46,991 nucleotides of DNA from IMG/VR virus record IMGVR_UViG_3300030613_000003, positions 1 through 46,991 of that record, one strand, 5' to 3'. This stretch comes from a virus. Lineage: Duplodnaviria > Caudoviricetes. Position numbers and translations under genes: made by a program. This document shows positions 1-7,164 of the stretch, one piece after another; the stretch's first letter is position 1, and every line of letters begins with the position of its first letter. Below the pieces are notes generated by a model. That model was not told the DNA's origin, ran no database searches, and worked only from the letters and a program-made list of their open reading frames with translations.

Positions 1-97
1 AACAGTTTTCGGCAGCTTTCCCTTTACTGGCTGAAACAGCCGCAGACGAGTTTCGATTTCGTTTGCCGGTTTGTGGTTCTTGATATACGCTACCCGT
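1..97 (+). repeat. Terminal direct repeat, left copy (circular assembly overlap)
   Basis: Identical to 46895-46991 (97 bp); an ORF reads through the junction. Confidence 0.97.
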
Positions 98-168
98 TTA
101 TCGTAACTGTAACAGTATTCCAACAGTCTATCGTAATGTACGTGCCAGAACATACCTTTCTGTATCAT
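1..168 (-). CDS. 5' part of origin-spanning ~129-aa heptad-repeat phage protein (continues 46894 to 46673)
   Basis: GAGG RBS then ATG at 168; MIQKGMFWHVHYDRLLEYCYS...RLRLFQPVKGKLPKTV continues in frame across the circular junction. Confidence 0.85.
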   Translation of the reverse strand, partial: MIQKGMFWHVHYDRLLEYCYSYDKRVAYIKNHKPANEIETRLRLFQPVKGKLPKTV

Positions 169-345
169 TTCAGTCCTCACTTTCAATTTCTATACCAAAA
201 TCAGAAAAAGATTCAGGCACGTTCTCATTCCATAATTCCGCCGCCCGTTCTTTAGCTGTCTGCTTTGATTCAGCCTCGACAATATAATCATAGGTTATTG
301 TTACACGAAATTTTTTCATTTCAGTCCTCACTTTCAATTTCTATA
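165..345. repeat. 30-bp perfect direct repeats (165-194 and 316-345) containing stop/RBS/start; third degenerate copy at 46651-46676
   Basis: Minus strand reads TATAGAAATTGAAAGTGAGGACTGAAATGA in both copies. Confidence 0.9.
170..319 (-). CDS. Small early protein, 49 aa (DpnD/PcfM-like pattern)
   Basis: Manual translation MKKFRVTITYDYIVEAESKQTAKERAAELWNENVPESFSDFGIEIESED; GAGG RBS. Confidence 0.75.
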   Translation of the reverse strand: MKKFRVTITYDYIVEAESKQTAKERAAELWNENVPESFSDFGIEIESED

Positions 346-612
346 TTGACTTTTTCTGATTAAATAGCTCTTATACGTGAATCGCTTCACAACAACAGGA
401 TTATATCCTATCTGTTCCAATTCCTGTAACAGTTTGTGATATTCTGTTGGTTTTGCAGGTCTTGTGTCCCGCACGATAGCGGGATTTGCAGGGCTGTGTT
501 GGCCTGCGTGCATATAAGATTCGCACAAGTGGCCGTCCACACTTGCCGCGATTTGCGGAAATAGGGCGATAACGTCCCCTTCTGGCCATTTTCTGAAAAT
601 CACCTTATCCAT
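334..612 (-). CDS. Hypothetical early phage protein
   Basis: 92-aa ORF with AAGGAGA RBS; VIFRK..GDVIALFP..SYMHxGQH pattern. Confidence 0.85.
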   Translation of the reverse strand: MDKVIFRKWPEGDVIALFPQIAASVDGHLCESYMHAGQHSPANPAIVRDTRPAKPTEYHKLLQELEQIGYNPVVVKRFTYKSYLIRKSQYRN

Positions 613-622
613 AATTTTCTCC

Positions 623-826
623 TTAAAAATGACTGGTAAATTTTGTCAATAACTCACTATACAACCATTCCGCCGTCCCGCCCATTTTTATCGCCCGCCC
701 TATACTGTCTTTTCCGCAAATGATAAACGGGTATTTTTTGTTCTTGCGGACTTTCAGGCTCGCACCGCAATCATTCGCCCATTTTACGAGCATTTTAAGC
801 ATATATTCGTCTGTCAATTCGGCCAT
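623..826 (-). CDS. Hypothetical protein
   Basis: 67-aa ORF coupled (TAATG) to the upstream gene. Confidence 0.75.
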   Translation of the reverse strand: MAELTDEYMLKMLVKWANDCGASLKVRKNKKYPFIICGKDSIGRAIKMGGTAEWLYSELLTKFTSHF

Positions 827-1290
827 TATCGTTTTTTCTCATAGCTTAAAGCCAGCTTTAACGCGGCTTCGTCATAGACTTTAGCCCATTTTATTTTGTG
901 GTGGAAACACCGTCCGCCGCCGACACATTCAGAAAACTCCGCTTTGTCGTTCTCGTCTGGCAATTCTAAATTGTATATTTCCGCAATTTTGCAACCGACA
1001 TCATAGTCGGACAGGTCAAAAAACGCCGATTCCCCGTCTATATCAATAATGTTTTTGACATAATCGTCAAGACTTTCTTCTGTGTTGCCAGCTTTTACCG
1101 CTTCTCGCCACAGTTCTCCAAACCAGTCTTTCGCATTTTCAAGGCTCATTCGTTCTTCTTTCTCGGCTTCTGATACAGGCCGAAAAACAGAACCCACAGC
1201 ACCCCGAAAACCTTTGCTGTCCTCAAAAACGTGATTCAGCCAATAATAATCGCCACTTTTGTCTTTGCCGACCAATTTTTCAACATTCAT
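826..1290 (-). CDS. Hypothetical early protein
   Basis: AAAGGAG RBS before ATG at 1290 (MNVEKLVG...); acidic ORF. Confidence 0.8.
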   Translation of the reverse strand: MNVEKLVGKDKSGDYYWLNHVFEDSKGFRGAVGSVFRPVSEAEKEERMSLENAKDWFGELWREAVKAGNTEESLDDYVKNIIDIDGESAFFDLSDYDVGCKIAEIYNLELPDENDKAEFSECVGGGRCFHHKIKWAKVYDEAALKLALSYEKKR

Positions 1291-1438
1291 AGTTTTTCTC
1301 CTTTGCCATACAAACCTCACTTTCACCACAGCCCTTTGCTGTGCTGTTCACAACATCCACTCCACCGTCGCATATCCGGTGGGGCGGGTTACAAACATCA
1401 CACAGTGACATTTCTGCGTTGCATTTTGGACATCTCAT
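1280..1438 (-). CDS. Small Cys-rich (zinc-finger-like) protein
   Basis: AAGGGG RBS; MRCPKC...CDVC...CGESEVC. Confidence 0.55.
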   Translation of the reverse strand: MRCPKCNAEMSLCDVCNPPHRICDGGVDVVNSTAKGCGESEVCMAKEKNYEC

Positions 1439-1478
1439 TTTATACCCCTTTTCTACGCCCAACCCAGCATTTTTCTCC

Positions 1479-1724
1479 CTATTTCCAAGTAACGTTGTAG
1501 CCATTCCTAATACACTCGTCGATTAGCCGACCGGCCTCATTTGGGACATCCTCAAGAGCAATCGCCTTGTCGTTTGTTGTCATCATTATCACCCGCCAGC
1601 TTTCTATCGTATGCGGCTTGTTTTCGGCGTCTGCACACTTTTCGGCAAATTCCGCAACCTGTTCGTTAGTCAATAGATTAAGAGCAATATCAAGCCGTTC
1701 TGAATTTGCCAATATACGTTTCAT
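1479..1724 (-). CDS. Hypothetical early protein
   Basis: AAGGTGG RBS before ATG at 1724 (MKRILANSE...). Confidence 0.7.
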   Translation of the reverse strand: MKRILANSERLDIALNLLTNEQVAEFAEKCADAENKPHTIESWRVIMMTTNDKAIALEDVPNEAGRLIDECIRNGYNVTWK

Positions 1725-1776
1725 CTTGCACCACCTTTTCTGTGCCCGAACCGACAAGGTCGGGCGGTTTATCATA

Positions 1777-1826
1777 CCCTGTATCCGGCCTCGAACCGGA
1801 CAAGTGGCCAACAACAACATACAGGG
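1777..1826 (-). ncRNA. Minimal tRNA-like element (7-bp acceptor-type stem plus T-arm)
   Basis: CCCTGTA...TCCGG-TTCGAGG-CCGGA-TACAGGG, intergenic. Confidence 0.55.
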
Positions 1827-1875
1827 CCTCTTTGGAGGAGTAGTGATGTTTTAACAAGGTCTCGGCTGTCGGCTG

Positions 1876-2070
1876 TTAAACAGATAGTTTCTTTAGTGTT
1901 TCACCGCCGCCGCAATCTGATGTATTGCGGGCTTCACAGTTTTCGCAAGCGGCAAGCCCGCTAAACTGAATTGGCCAACAGTCCGATGTCAGCTTGTTTC
2001 GGTCAATTTGCTTTGTCTCTGTCAAGATAACTTGACCGTTCTCAAATTTTGCTTTACTGTATCTAAACAT
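1876..2070 (-). CDS. Small Cys-containing early protein
   Basis: 64-aa ORF, AAAGG RBS inside the 37-bp repeat. Confidence 0.75.
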   Translation of the reverse strand: MFRYSKAKFENGQVILTETKQIDRNKLTSDCWPIQFSGLAACENCEARNTSDCGGGETLKKLSV

Positions 2071-2156
2071 TTTACATTACCTTTTCTTTTAACAGTTTAA
2101 CAACATACGGCCTTGAACCGTCCGGGAGGATTCAGACGGCTCTCGGCTGTCGGCTG

Positions 2157-2468
2157 TCAGGCAACATATCGGGGGTTTGGGACACTTATATATTCCGGCT
2201 GTTCGGTTTCATACATATCATCACCATTTTCATCCCAGACATTACAGAAGCCAGTGTATGCCATAATATCTGGCCCGTGCAATTCCGCTGGTATCAGCAA
2301 TACTTTAATCGGCAAAGGACTATGGATTAAAGCATTTCGGCCAAATGGGTTGCCGTCTGCGTCCACGAGCCGCAGATATTCAGTTACGGCGTCCTGAACG
2401 GTTTCAAATTTGCCGGACGCCATCATATACCCACTGCCGAGCGGATGTTGAACGTGAGCGTGATACAT
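2157..2468 (-). CDS. Hypothetical early protein
   Basis: 103-aa ORF, AAGGAG RBS adjoining the 37-bp repeat. Confidence 0.8.
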   Translation of the reverse strand: MYHAHVQHPLGSGYMMASGKFETVQDAVTEYLRLVDADGNPFGRNALIHSPLPIKVLLIPAELHGPDIMAYTGFCNVWDENGDDMYETEQPEYISVPNPRYVA

Positions 2469-2536
2469 TATACTACTCCTTTTCTTTTAACAGTTTAACA
2501 ACATACGGCCTTGACCTACCGACAAGGTCGGGCGGT

Positions 2537-2677
2537 TTATTCTATCTGTTTGAGAATCCACCAGGGACAACAAGGGCGGCTCTCAATTTCGACGATAAAA
2601 GTTCTTGCTTCTTCTTCAGTATTGAACAGGTAAATTTTTGGCGGGTCTGAAAACCAATATGTTTCAACACGATACAT
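2537..2677 (-). CDS. First early gene, 46-aa hypothetical protein
   Basis: Manual translation MYRVETYWFSDPPKIYLFNTEEEARTFIVEIESRPCCPWWILKQIE, directly after a consensus promoter. Confidence 0.6.
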   Translation of the reverse strand: MYRVETYWFSDPPKIYLFNTEEEARTFIVEIESRPCCPWWILKQIE

Positions 2678-2731
2678 TTCTGCCGTTCTTTAACTTTATG
2701 GTTATCCGGTTACACACCGGACGATATTAGT

Positions 2732-2760
2732 ATTATATAGCAAGGTCTATGCCACGTCAA
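2732..2760 (-). promoter_or_regulatory. Sigma70-type early promoter
   Basis: TTGACG-N17-TATAAT with AT-rich upstream sequence, pointing into the early gene array. Confidence 0.85.
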
Positions 2761-2942
2761 GAAAAATCCAAGAATATCTGCGAAATATCAGTTTTCAGGG
2801 CAAAATTATATGTTTTCGGGCGTATCGAGTTTAACGATTATATCGGCGTGTTTATCGGGGACAACGCAAAATCAGGTGATTCAATATAAACTCTTATACA
2901 CACAGGATTTAGCCACGTTTACTATTTCAGACGCGGTGTTGT

Positions 2943-3341
2943 CTATGAACCATAGGGAATTTCGGGATGGTCTTTGTAGTATTGGTCTTTGATTGTCTTA
3001 ATCGCTGCACGTCTGGATACATAATCGCCCTGCGTGATTGCCGGTCTGTTCATAGGTGGCAAGGGTTCTATACCCAATAGATAATCGCGTCGCGTTGTCC
3101 AAAGGCGCTTCATACGTTTGCTGGCTGCTGCCCGAAATCCAGCCGACTTGCGTTTGTCTTGCAAGCTCTCGCATTTCTCTTGACGTTCACGACATTTGCG
3201 GTAGTGTCGGGCAAGAATTTCGGTTATCGTGCCTTTTCTGTGTTTCGCCATAAAATCGGTTCTCCAGGATTCACCAGGATTGACGAACTCACGTCCGAGG
3301 GTATTAAAGTGCCCTCTATTATACCCGTCAAAGTATGCCAA
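2943..3341 (-). CDS. Arg/Lys-rich hypothetical protein
   Basis: Open frame of 132 aa; start uncertain, no clear RBS. Confidence 0.5.
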   Translation of the reverse strand: MAYFDGYNRGHFNTLGREFVNPGESWRTDFMAKHRKGTITEILARHYRKCRERQEKCESLQDKRKSAGFRAAASKRMKRLWTTRRDYLLGIEPLPPMNRPAITQGDYVSRRAAIKTIKDQYYKDHPEIPYGS

Positions 3342-3975
3342 ATACGAATAGTCGCGGATATAATTATTGTGATTTTCTGGAGTTATGAACAGATTCTTTA
3401 ACGGGTCTTAACACCAAGATTTTTATAATGCGTTGTTTGGTAGATGATTATGTCTTATCTTCTTATGTTCTTATATCTGTATAAAAACTATCTTATGGAA
3501 GTATAATATATGTATAGTCCAATAACGTAATAGACATATAGTAAATATGTATATATAGAAGTCTTTACACGACTTTTGTTAGACTGTTATACTTTTGACG
3601 ATAATCGCTGTGTTGTGCAGCAGTTATGATAAGCGAGTGAAACTATTGACGATAATGACTGTATCAGTAACGACTTATGTTAGTGTATTATGGATAAATA
3701 CAGTTACGCGGGGTTTTTTGCGTGATTTTTGAAAAGATGCGGGGTTTAGGACTCTACAAGTGTAGAGCCGCCTCTACAAGTGTAGAGCCATTGCTGTCTG
3801 CGTGCCCTGTACACAGCCTGGCGTGCTGCTACGCAGCCACAAACTGCGTCCCGCCCGAAGGCGGGGGTACGACCCTCGGTCTGTGGGGGCGGAGGGGCGG
3901 GAAATTTCCTTTCGGTCCCCACCTGTCTGTTCACACCCGTCTGTCCCCTCGCAAAAAATAAAAAAAATTTTTTCT
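3342..3975. other. Major non-coding control region between divergent arms (candidate origin/packaging site)
   Basis: AT-rich 3400-3700, ATAA-N19-TTA motifs, tandem palindromes, then GC-rich tract. Confidence 0.55.
3752..3789. repeat. Tandem 18-bp repeat, each copy palindromic (CTCTACA-AG-TGTAGAG)
   Basis: Copies at 3752-3769 and 3772-3789. Confidence 0.9.
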
Positions 3976-3977
3976 GA

Positions 3978-4012
3978 AAACCCTTCGTATTTGGCCCTTT
4001 TGACGGGTATTA
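3978..4012 (+). promoter_or_regulatory. Putative phage-specific late promoter
   Basis: AAACCCTTCGT-N9-TTTTGACGGGTATTA; near-identical copy at 45267-45301 on the - strand; A/T tract upstream. Confidence 0.7.
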
Positions 4013-4052
4013 GGGGGGGACTATTTTGGTGGAAGGTCTGAAATGGTGACTG

Positions 4053-4292
4053 ATGACCCTGGGTCCGGGCGAAATACTGCAAATAATGACGGTTCTGGCG
4101 TCCCTGACGACCGCATACCTGCTATCCAGGCCCCGGTATGCCCGATGGGGATACCTGATTGGCTTTATTACGCTGCCTCTATGGGTAGTTATGGAATTTT
4201 ACTACCGGCAATGGCTCTATTTCTGCCTAAATCCCCTGTATTTCATACTTTGGGGTAGGGGCCTGAAGAATCACTGGAGACGGGACAGGTGA
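4053..4292 (+). CDS. Small membrane protein (PnuC-like hydrophobic pattern)
   Basis: Three hydrophobic segments, RWGYLIG...LW...G..NHW. Confidence 0.7.
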   Translation: MTLGPGEILQIMTVLASLTTAYLLSRPRYARWGYLIGFITLPLWVVMEFYYRQWLYFCLNPLYFILWGRGLKNHWRRDR

Positions 4293-4534
4293 AATTCAAG
4301 AAAAATGACGCGATTGTCGTGAAATGGGAGGATATTGCGGCCTATTATGAGTGGCATCCCGAAGCCGAGGCCGAGGAGAAACCCGCGATTACCTGCCTGA
4401 CCCTCGGTTTTTACCTGAACGAGACGAAAAAGTGGCTGCGGTTGTCCGATACGATATGTTCCGACGGGGACCGAAATGTGACGGTGATCCCGAAAGGTTG
4501 TATACTGAAGATTCGTAGGTGGAATAAATGTTAG
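4289..4534 (+). CDS. Hypothetical phage protein
   Basis: VxWxD...TxG...IPxGCI pattern; GTGA coupling. Confidence 0.8.
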   Translation: MKFKKNDAIVVKWEDIAAYYEWHPEAEAEEKPAITCLTLGFYLNETKKWLRLSDTICSDGDRNVTVIPKGCILKIRRWNKC

Positions 4535-4544
4535 GAGACAGGTT

Positions 4545-4823
4545 ATGTATCAGGCAGTGAATGAGTTTGTGGTTTTGAAACCGATAAAGGCCGTAGATGT
4601 TTCGGCGGGTGGAATTGTGTTGCCCGATAAGGCAAAAGACCAGTTCGGTGATGACGCCGAAGTGGTTTCCGTCGGCGACCTGGTGGATGTATTCCAGGTC
4701 GGTGATATTGTCCTGCGGCCCGACCCGGCCCGTGTGGAGATAACGGACCCGAAAACCGGCGAGGTCCTCCTGATAGTGTCCGACCAGGACCTGATGGCGA
4801 AGGTGGTAAAAGCTGATGCGTAA
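4545..4823 (+). CDS. groES: Co-chaperonin GroES-like protein
   Basis: VVLKP..SAGGIVLPDKAK..AEVVSVG..VGDIVL..DLMAKV; AGGAG RBS. Confidence 0.9.
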   Translation: MYQAVNEFVVLKPIKAVDVSAGGIVLPDKAKDQFGDDAEVVSVGDLVDVFQVGDIVLRPDPARVEITDPKTGEVLLIVSDQDLMAKVVKADA

Positions 4824-5064
4824 TAAAAATATGGACGGTACGGTCCCGTGTAAAGAGGGTTTACAACACACCTGGAAGTTTTGGCGATTTAGGGTCTGCG
4901 TTTATGGGCGTTGTAATTGGAAAATTTCTCGTGGAACTTTGGATTTAGGCAGACTGAGAATACGGTATGCGAGTGGGAAATGGCACCCGATAAATGAGAC
5001 TACTCTGGCAATTAACGACAGGGGAAAACTTTGGGATGTGGGGAGACTGGTAGATGCGTGGTAG
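4816..5064 (+). CDS. Hypothetical protein
   Basis: ORF overlapping both neighbours in the operon. Confidence 0.6.
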   Translation: MRNKNMDGTVPCKEGLQHTWKFWRFRVCVYGRCNWKISRGTLDLGRLRIRYASGKWHPINETTLAINDRGKLWDVGRLVDAW

Positions 5065-5290
5065 ATCCAAGCGGAAAGATAAAATTGACCGCCTGTACGA
5101 TTCGTTTACCGTGAAGGACCTGTCGAGGGCCGAGTTCCGAAAACAGTACACCGCTCTGATGAATCCGGCGGGGCTGAGACGGGACCTCCGCCGGATGGTG
5201 ATGGACCGCCAGGGAGTGCAGACGGTGAATGTGTTGGCCGGGGAGCGTAAGAAAGAGATAGATGAAGCAATGAAAGTGAGGCAGGTATGA
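5054..5290 (+). CDS. Hypothetical basic protein
   Basis: 78-aa ORF, GGAG RBS. Confidence 0.7.
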   Translation: MRGRSKRKDKIDRLYDSFTVKDLSRAEFRKQYTALMNPAGLRRDLRRMVMDRQGVQTVNVLAGERKKEIDEAMKVRQV

Positions 5291-5511
5291 ATTTGAATGA
5301 AATGAACGTGGTGCGAGTAATACTTGATGAAAAATATCCCAAATTGCGTGCTAATGTGGTCAGAGTAAGACCCAATGATGATGCGTTTATTACCATAAAC
5401 ATTAGTTCAGGAATTGGCATCACAAGTGTAAATGATGTAGACAAGGTTGTTCAGACCTGTCTGACGGAATTGAAGCAACTTGTAGAAAGAGACCTTGACA
5501 ATGCCCAATGA
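5287..5511 (+). CDS. Hypothetical protein
   Basis: ATGA coupling. Confidence 0.7.
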   Translation: MNLNEMNVVRVILDEKYPKLRANVVRVRPNDDAFITINISSGIGITSVNDVDKVVQTCLTELKQLVERDLDNAQ

Positions 5512-5761
5512 AAAATGTGAAGACTGTAAGCACTGGGATAAAATAGATAAATCGGATGAGTTTGTTGTTCACCCAGGATACTGGACCACCGATACCCCGT
5601 CGGTGTGGATCCCCGAATGGACCGAGACCGTGAATTACACGGGTGAAACGGGTCGCTGTAAAATAGGCCCATCGGTGTATACCGGTGCGGGTGATAGTTC
5701 CTGGCAACAGCCGGTGATGAAGAAAAACGATAAATGCTCTGAATTCGTGGAAGATGATTAA
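5501..5761 (+). CDS. Cys-containing hypothetical protein
   Basis: CxxCxHW...GRC...C pattern. Confidence 0.7.
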   Translation: MPNEKCEDCKHWDKIDKSDEFVVHPGYWTTDTPSVWIPEWTETVNYTGETGRCKIGPSVYTGAGDSSWQQPVMKKNDKCSEFVEDD

Positions 5762-5771
5762 GGAGTGAAAG

Positions 5772-6095
5772 ATGTATTATGATAATAGTGGAAACGCCGT
5801 CCCGATCCACCCACACGTTGCCGATCCCGTTGCGGCGAGCGGTATTACGCTGACCATAACGACGGGCGGTGCCGATGCGACCCAGACGTTAGACCAGGGT
5901 CAGATGTATGTTATTACCCCGATTGGCACCACGATTCTGGCGGGTATCACGGGTGTGACTTCGACCGCCGCGAATATCGAGTGGGTGTTTCCCCCGAATA
6001 TGTCGAGTATATTCAGGATGCCTATTGGAAAAACGACCCTGTATTATGAAGGTAATACGTCGAGTACGGTCGCGTATGTGAGGAAATTAGCTTGA
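5772..6095 (+). CDS. Hypothetical beta-rich protein, possibly virion-associated
   Basis: AAGGAG RBS; Thr/Gly-rich 107 aa. Confidence 0.75.
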   Translation: MYYDNSGNAVPIHPHVADPVAASGITLTITTGGADATQTLDQGQMYVITPIGTTILAGITGVTSTAANIEWVFPPNMSSIFRMPIGKTTLYYEGNTSSTVAYVRKLA

Positions 6096-6790
6096 AGAAA
6101 ATCCTGAATTTATATATTGTGCTGGTAGTGTTCGCGTGTCTGTGCCACGCAACGGATACCTATCTCCGCCGGAAAATAGACAGGTTAATCCCAACACCTA
6201 TGGTTAACATACAGGATGTGATTGACCGTGCGATGAAGGCGGTAGTTTATGTCCGAGTGAACGGTGAGGAAGGATGGGGCGGGTCCGGGGTATACGTCGG
6301 TAAGGGCCTGATTATGACCGCCCGACATATAGTGAAGGACGGGGAATCGTTTTCGGTGACGTTTGAAAACGGCAACGAATACCTGTCCTGTTGTGCGATG
6401 TTCGACCCGGACGTGGACGTGGGGTTTATTTTTATCAGCGAACCCGATTGTATTCCGCTCGGATTCAGCACGGAGAAATCCAGACGGGGTGACACGGTTT
6501 ACCTGTTGGGAAACCCGTATGGGTTGAGTTTGAAATTTTCAGTGACTCGCGGAATCGTGTCGAATACCAACCGGGAACACGACGGTTTGTTTGGAAATAA
6601 ACCGGTGATCCAGATTGACGCGGGGGCGTATCCGGGTGATTCCGGCGGGCCGGTGATAAATGAAAAGGGTGAGATTGTTGCTATGAACGTGGCGACGTTT
6701 GGAAGCGGAGATAATACTAATGCGTGTATCCCGGCGGACGTTTGCAGGCAGGCGTTGGAATCACGGCGGACGGTACAGGAGTTTAAGTGA
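6092..6790 (+). CDS. Trypsin-like (S1/HtrA-type) serine protease with N-terminal signal sequence, no PDZ
   Basis: GSG, TARH (His), DVG (Asp), GNPYG, GDSGGP (Ser); hydrophobic N-terminus. Confidence 0.92.
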   Translation: MKKILNLYIVLVVFACLCHATDTYLRRKIDRLIPTPMVNIQDVIDRAMKAVVYVRVNGEEGWGGSGVYVGKGLIMTARHIVKDGESFSVTFENGNEYLSCCAMFDPDVDVGFIFISEPDCIPLGFSTEKSRRGDTVYLLGNPYGLSLKFSVTRGIVSNTNREHDGLFGNKPVIQIDAGAYPGDSGGPVINEKGEIVAMNVATFGSGDNTNACIPADVCRQALESRRTVQEFK

Positions 6791-7164
6791 ACGATCCGAA
6801 AATAAAAGCCAGTACGCTCCTGAGTAAGTTTATCAAGGAAATTGCCGATGAAAACACGGAACTGGTGAAGGATTCCAAGACCGGCGAGGGCCGCGAGGCA
6901 ACGAAGGCCGAGGCCCTGGCCCGGATAATTTGGCAAGGGGCGTTGGGTTGGATAGAGACAGAGGATGTAATAAAAAAAGGTGAAATAGTCGGCACCAAAG
7001 AAAAAATTCACGGGCCTGATAAAACGTATGTGAATATAATCCTGGACCGTATGGAAGGCAAGGCTGCGATGGGCACCGAGAAAGATAAGGGACAGAAGGT
7101 GCCGCTCGTAGATCGGATTAGCGATCAGGCAAAGAAAAGGTTGAATATGCTGGCGGGTGGATGA
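6787..7164 (+). CDS. terS: Putative terminase small subunit
   Basis: Directly upstream of TerL; helical with ILDRMEGK motif. Confidence 0.65.
   Translation: MNDPKIKASTLLSKFIKEIADENTELVKDSKTGEGREATKAEALARIIWQGALGWIETEDVIKKGEIVGTKEKIHGPDKTYVNIILDRMEGKAAMGTEKDKGQKVPLVDRISDQAKKRLNMLAGG

Larger units (their letters stand above)
1750..2540. repeat. Interspersed intergenic repeats: 23 bp (1750-1772, 2518-2540), 17 bp (1860-1876, 2141-2157), 37 bp (2080-2116, 2478-2514)
   Basis: Exact matches read directly from the sequence. Confidence 0.9.

Noticed and set aside
3722-4082. Several overlapping ORFs in the control region
   Set aside because: No RBS, mutually overlapping, and they cover repeats and promoter motifs; probably spurious.
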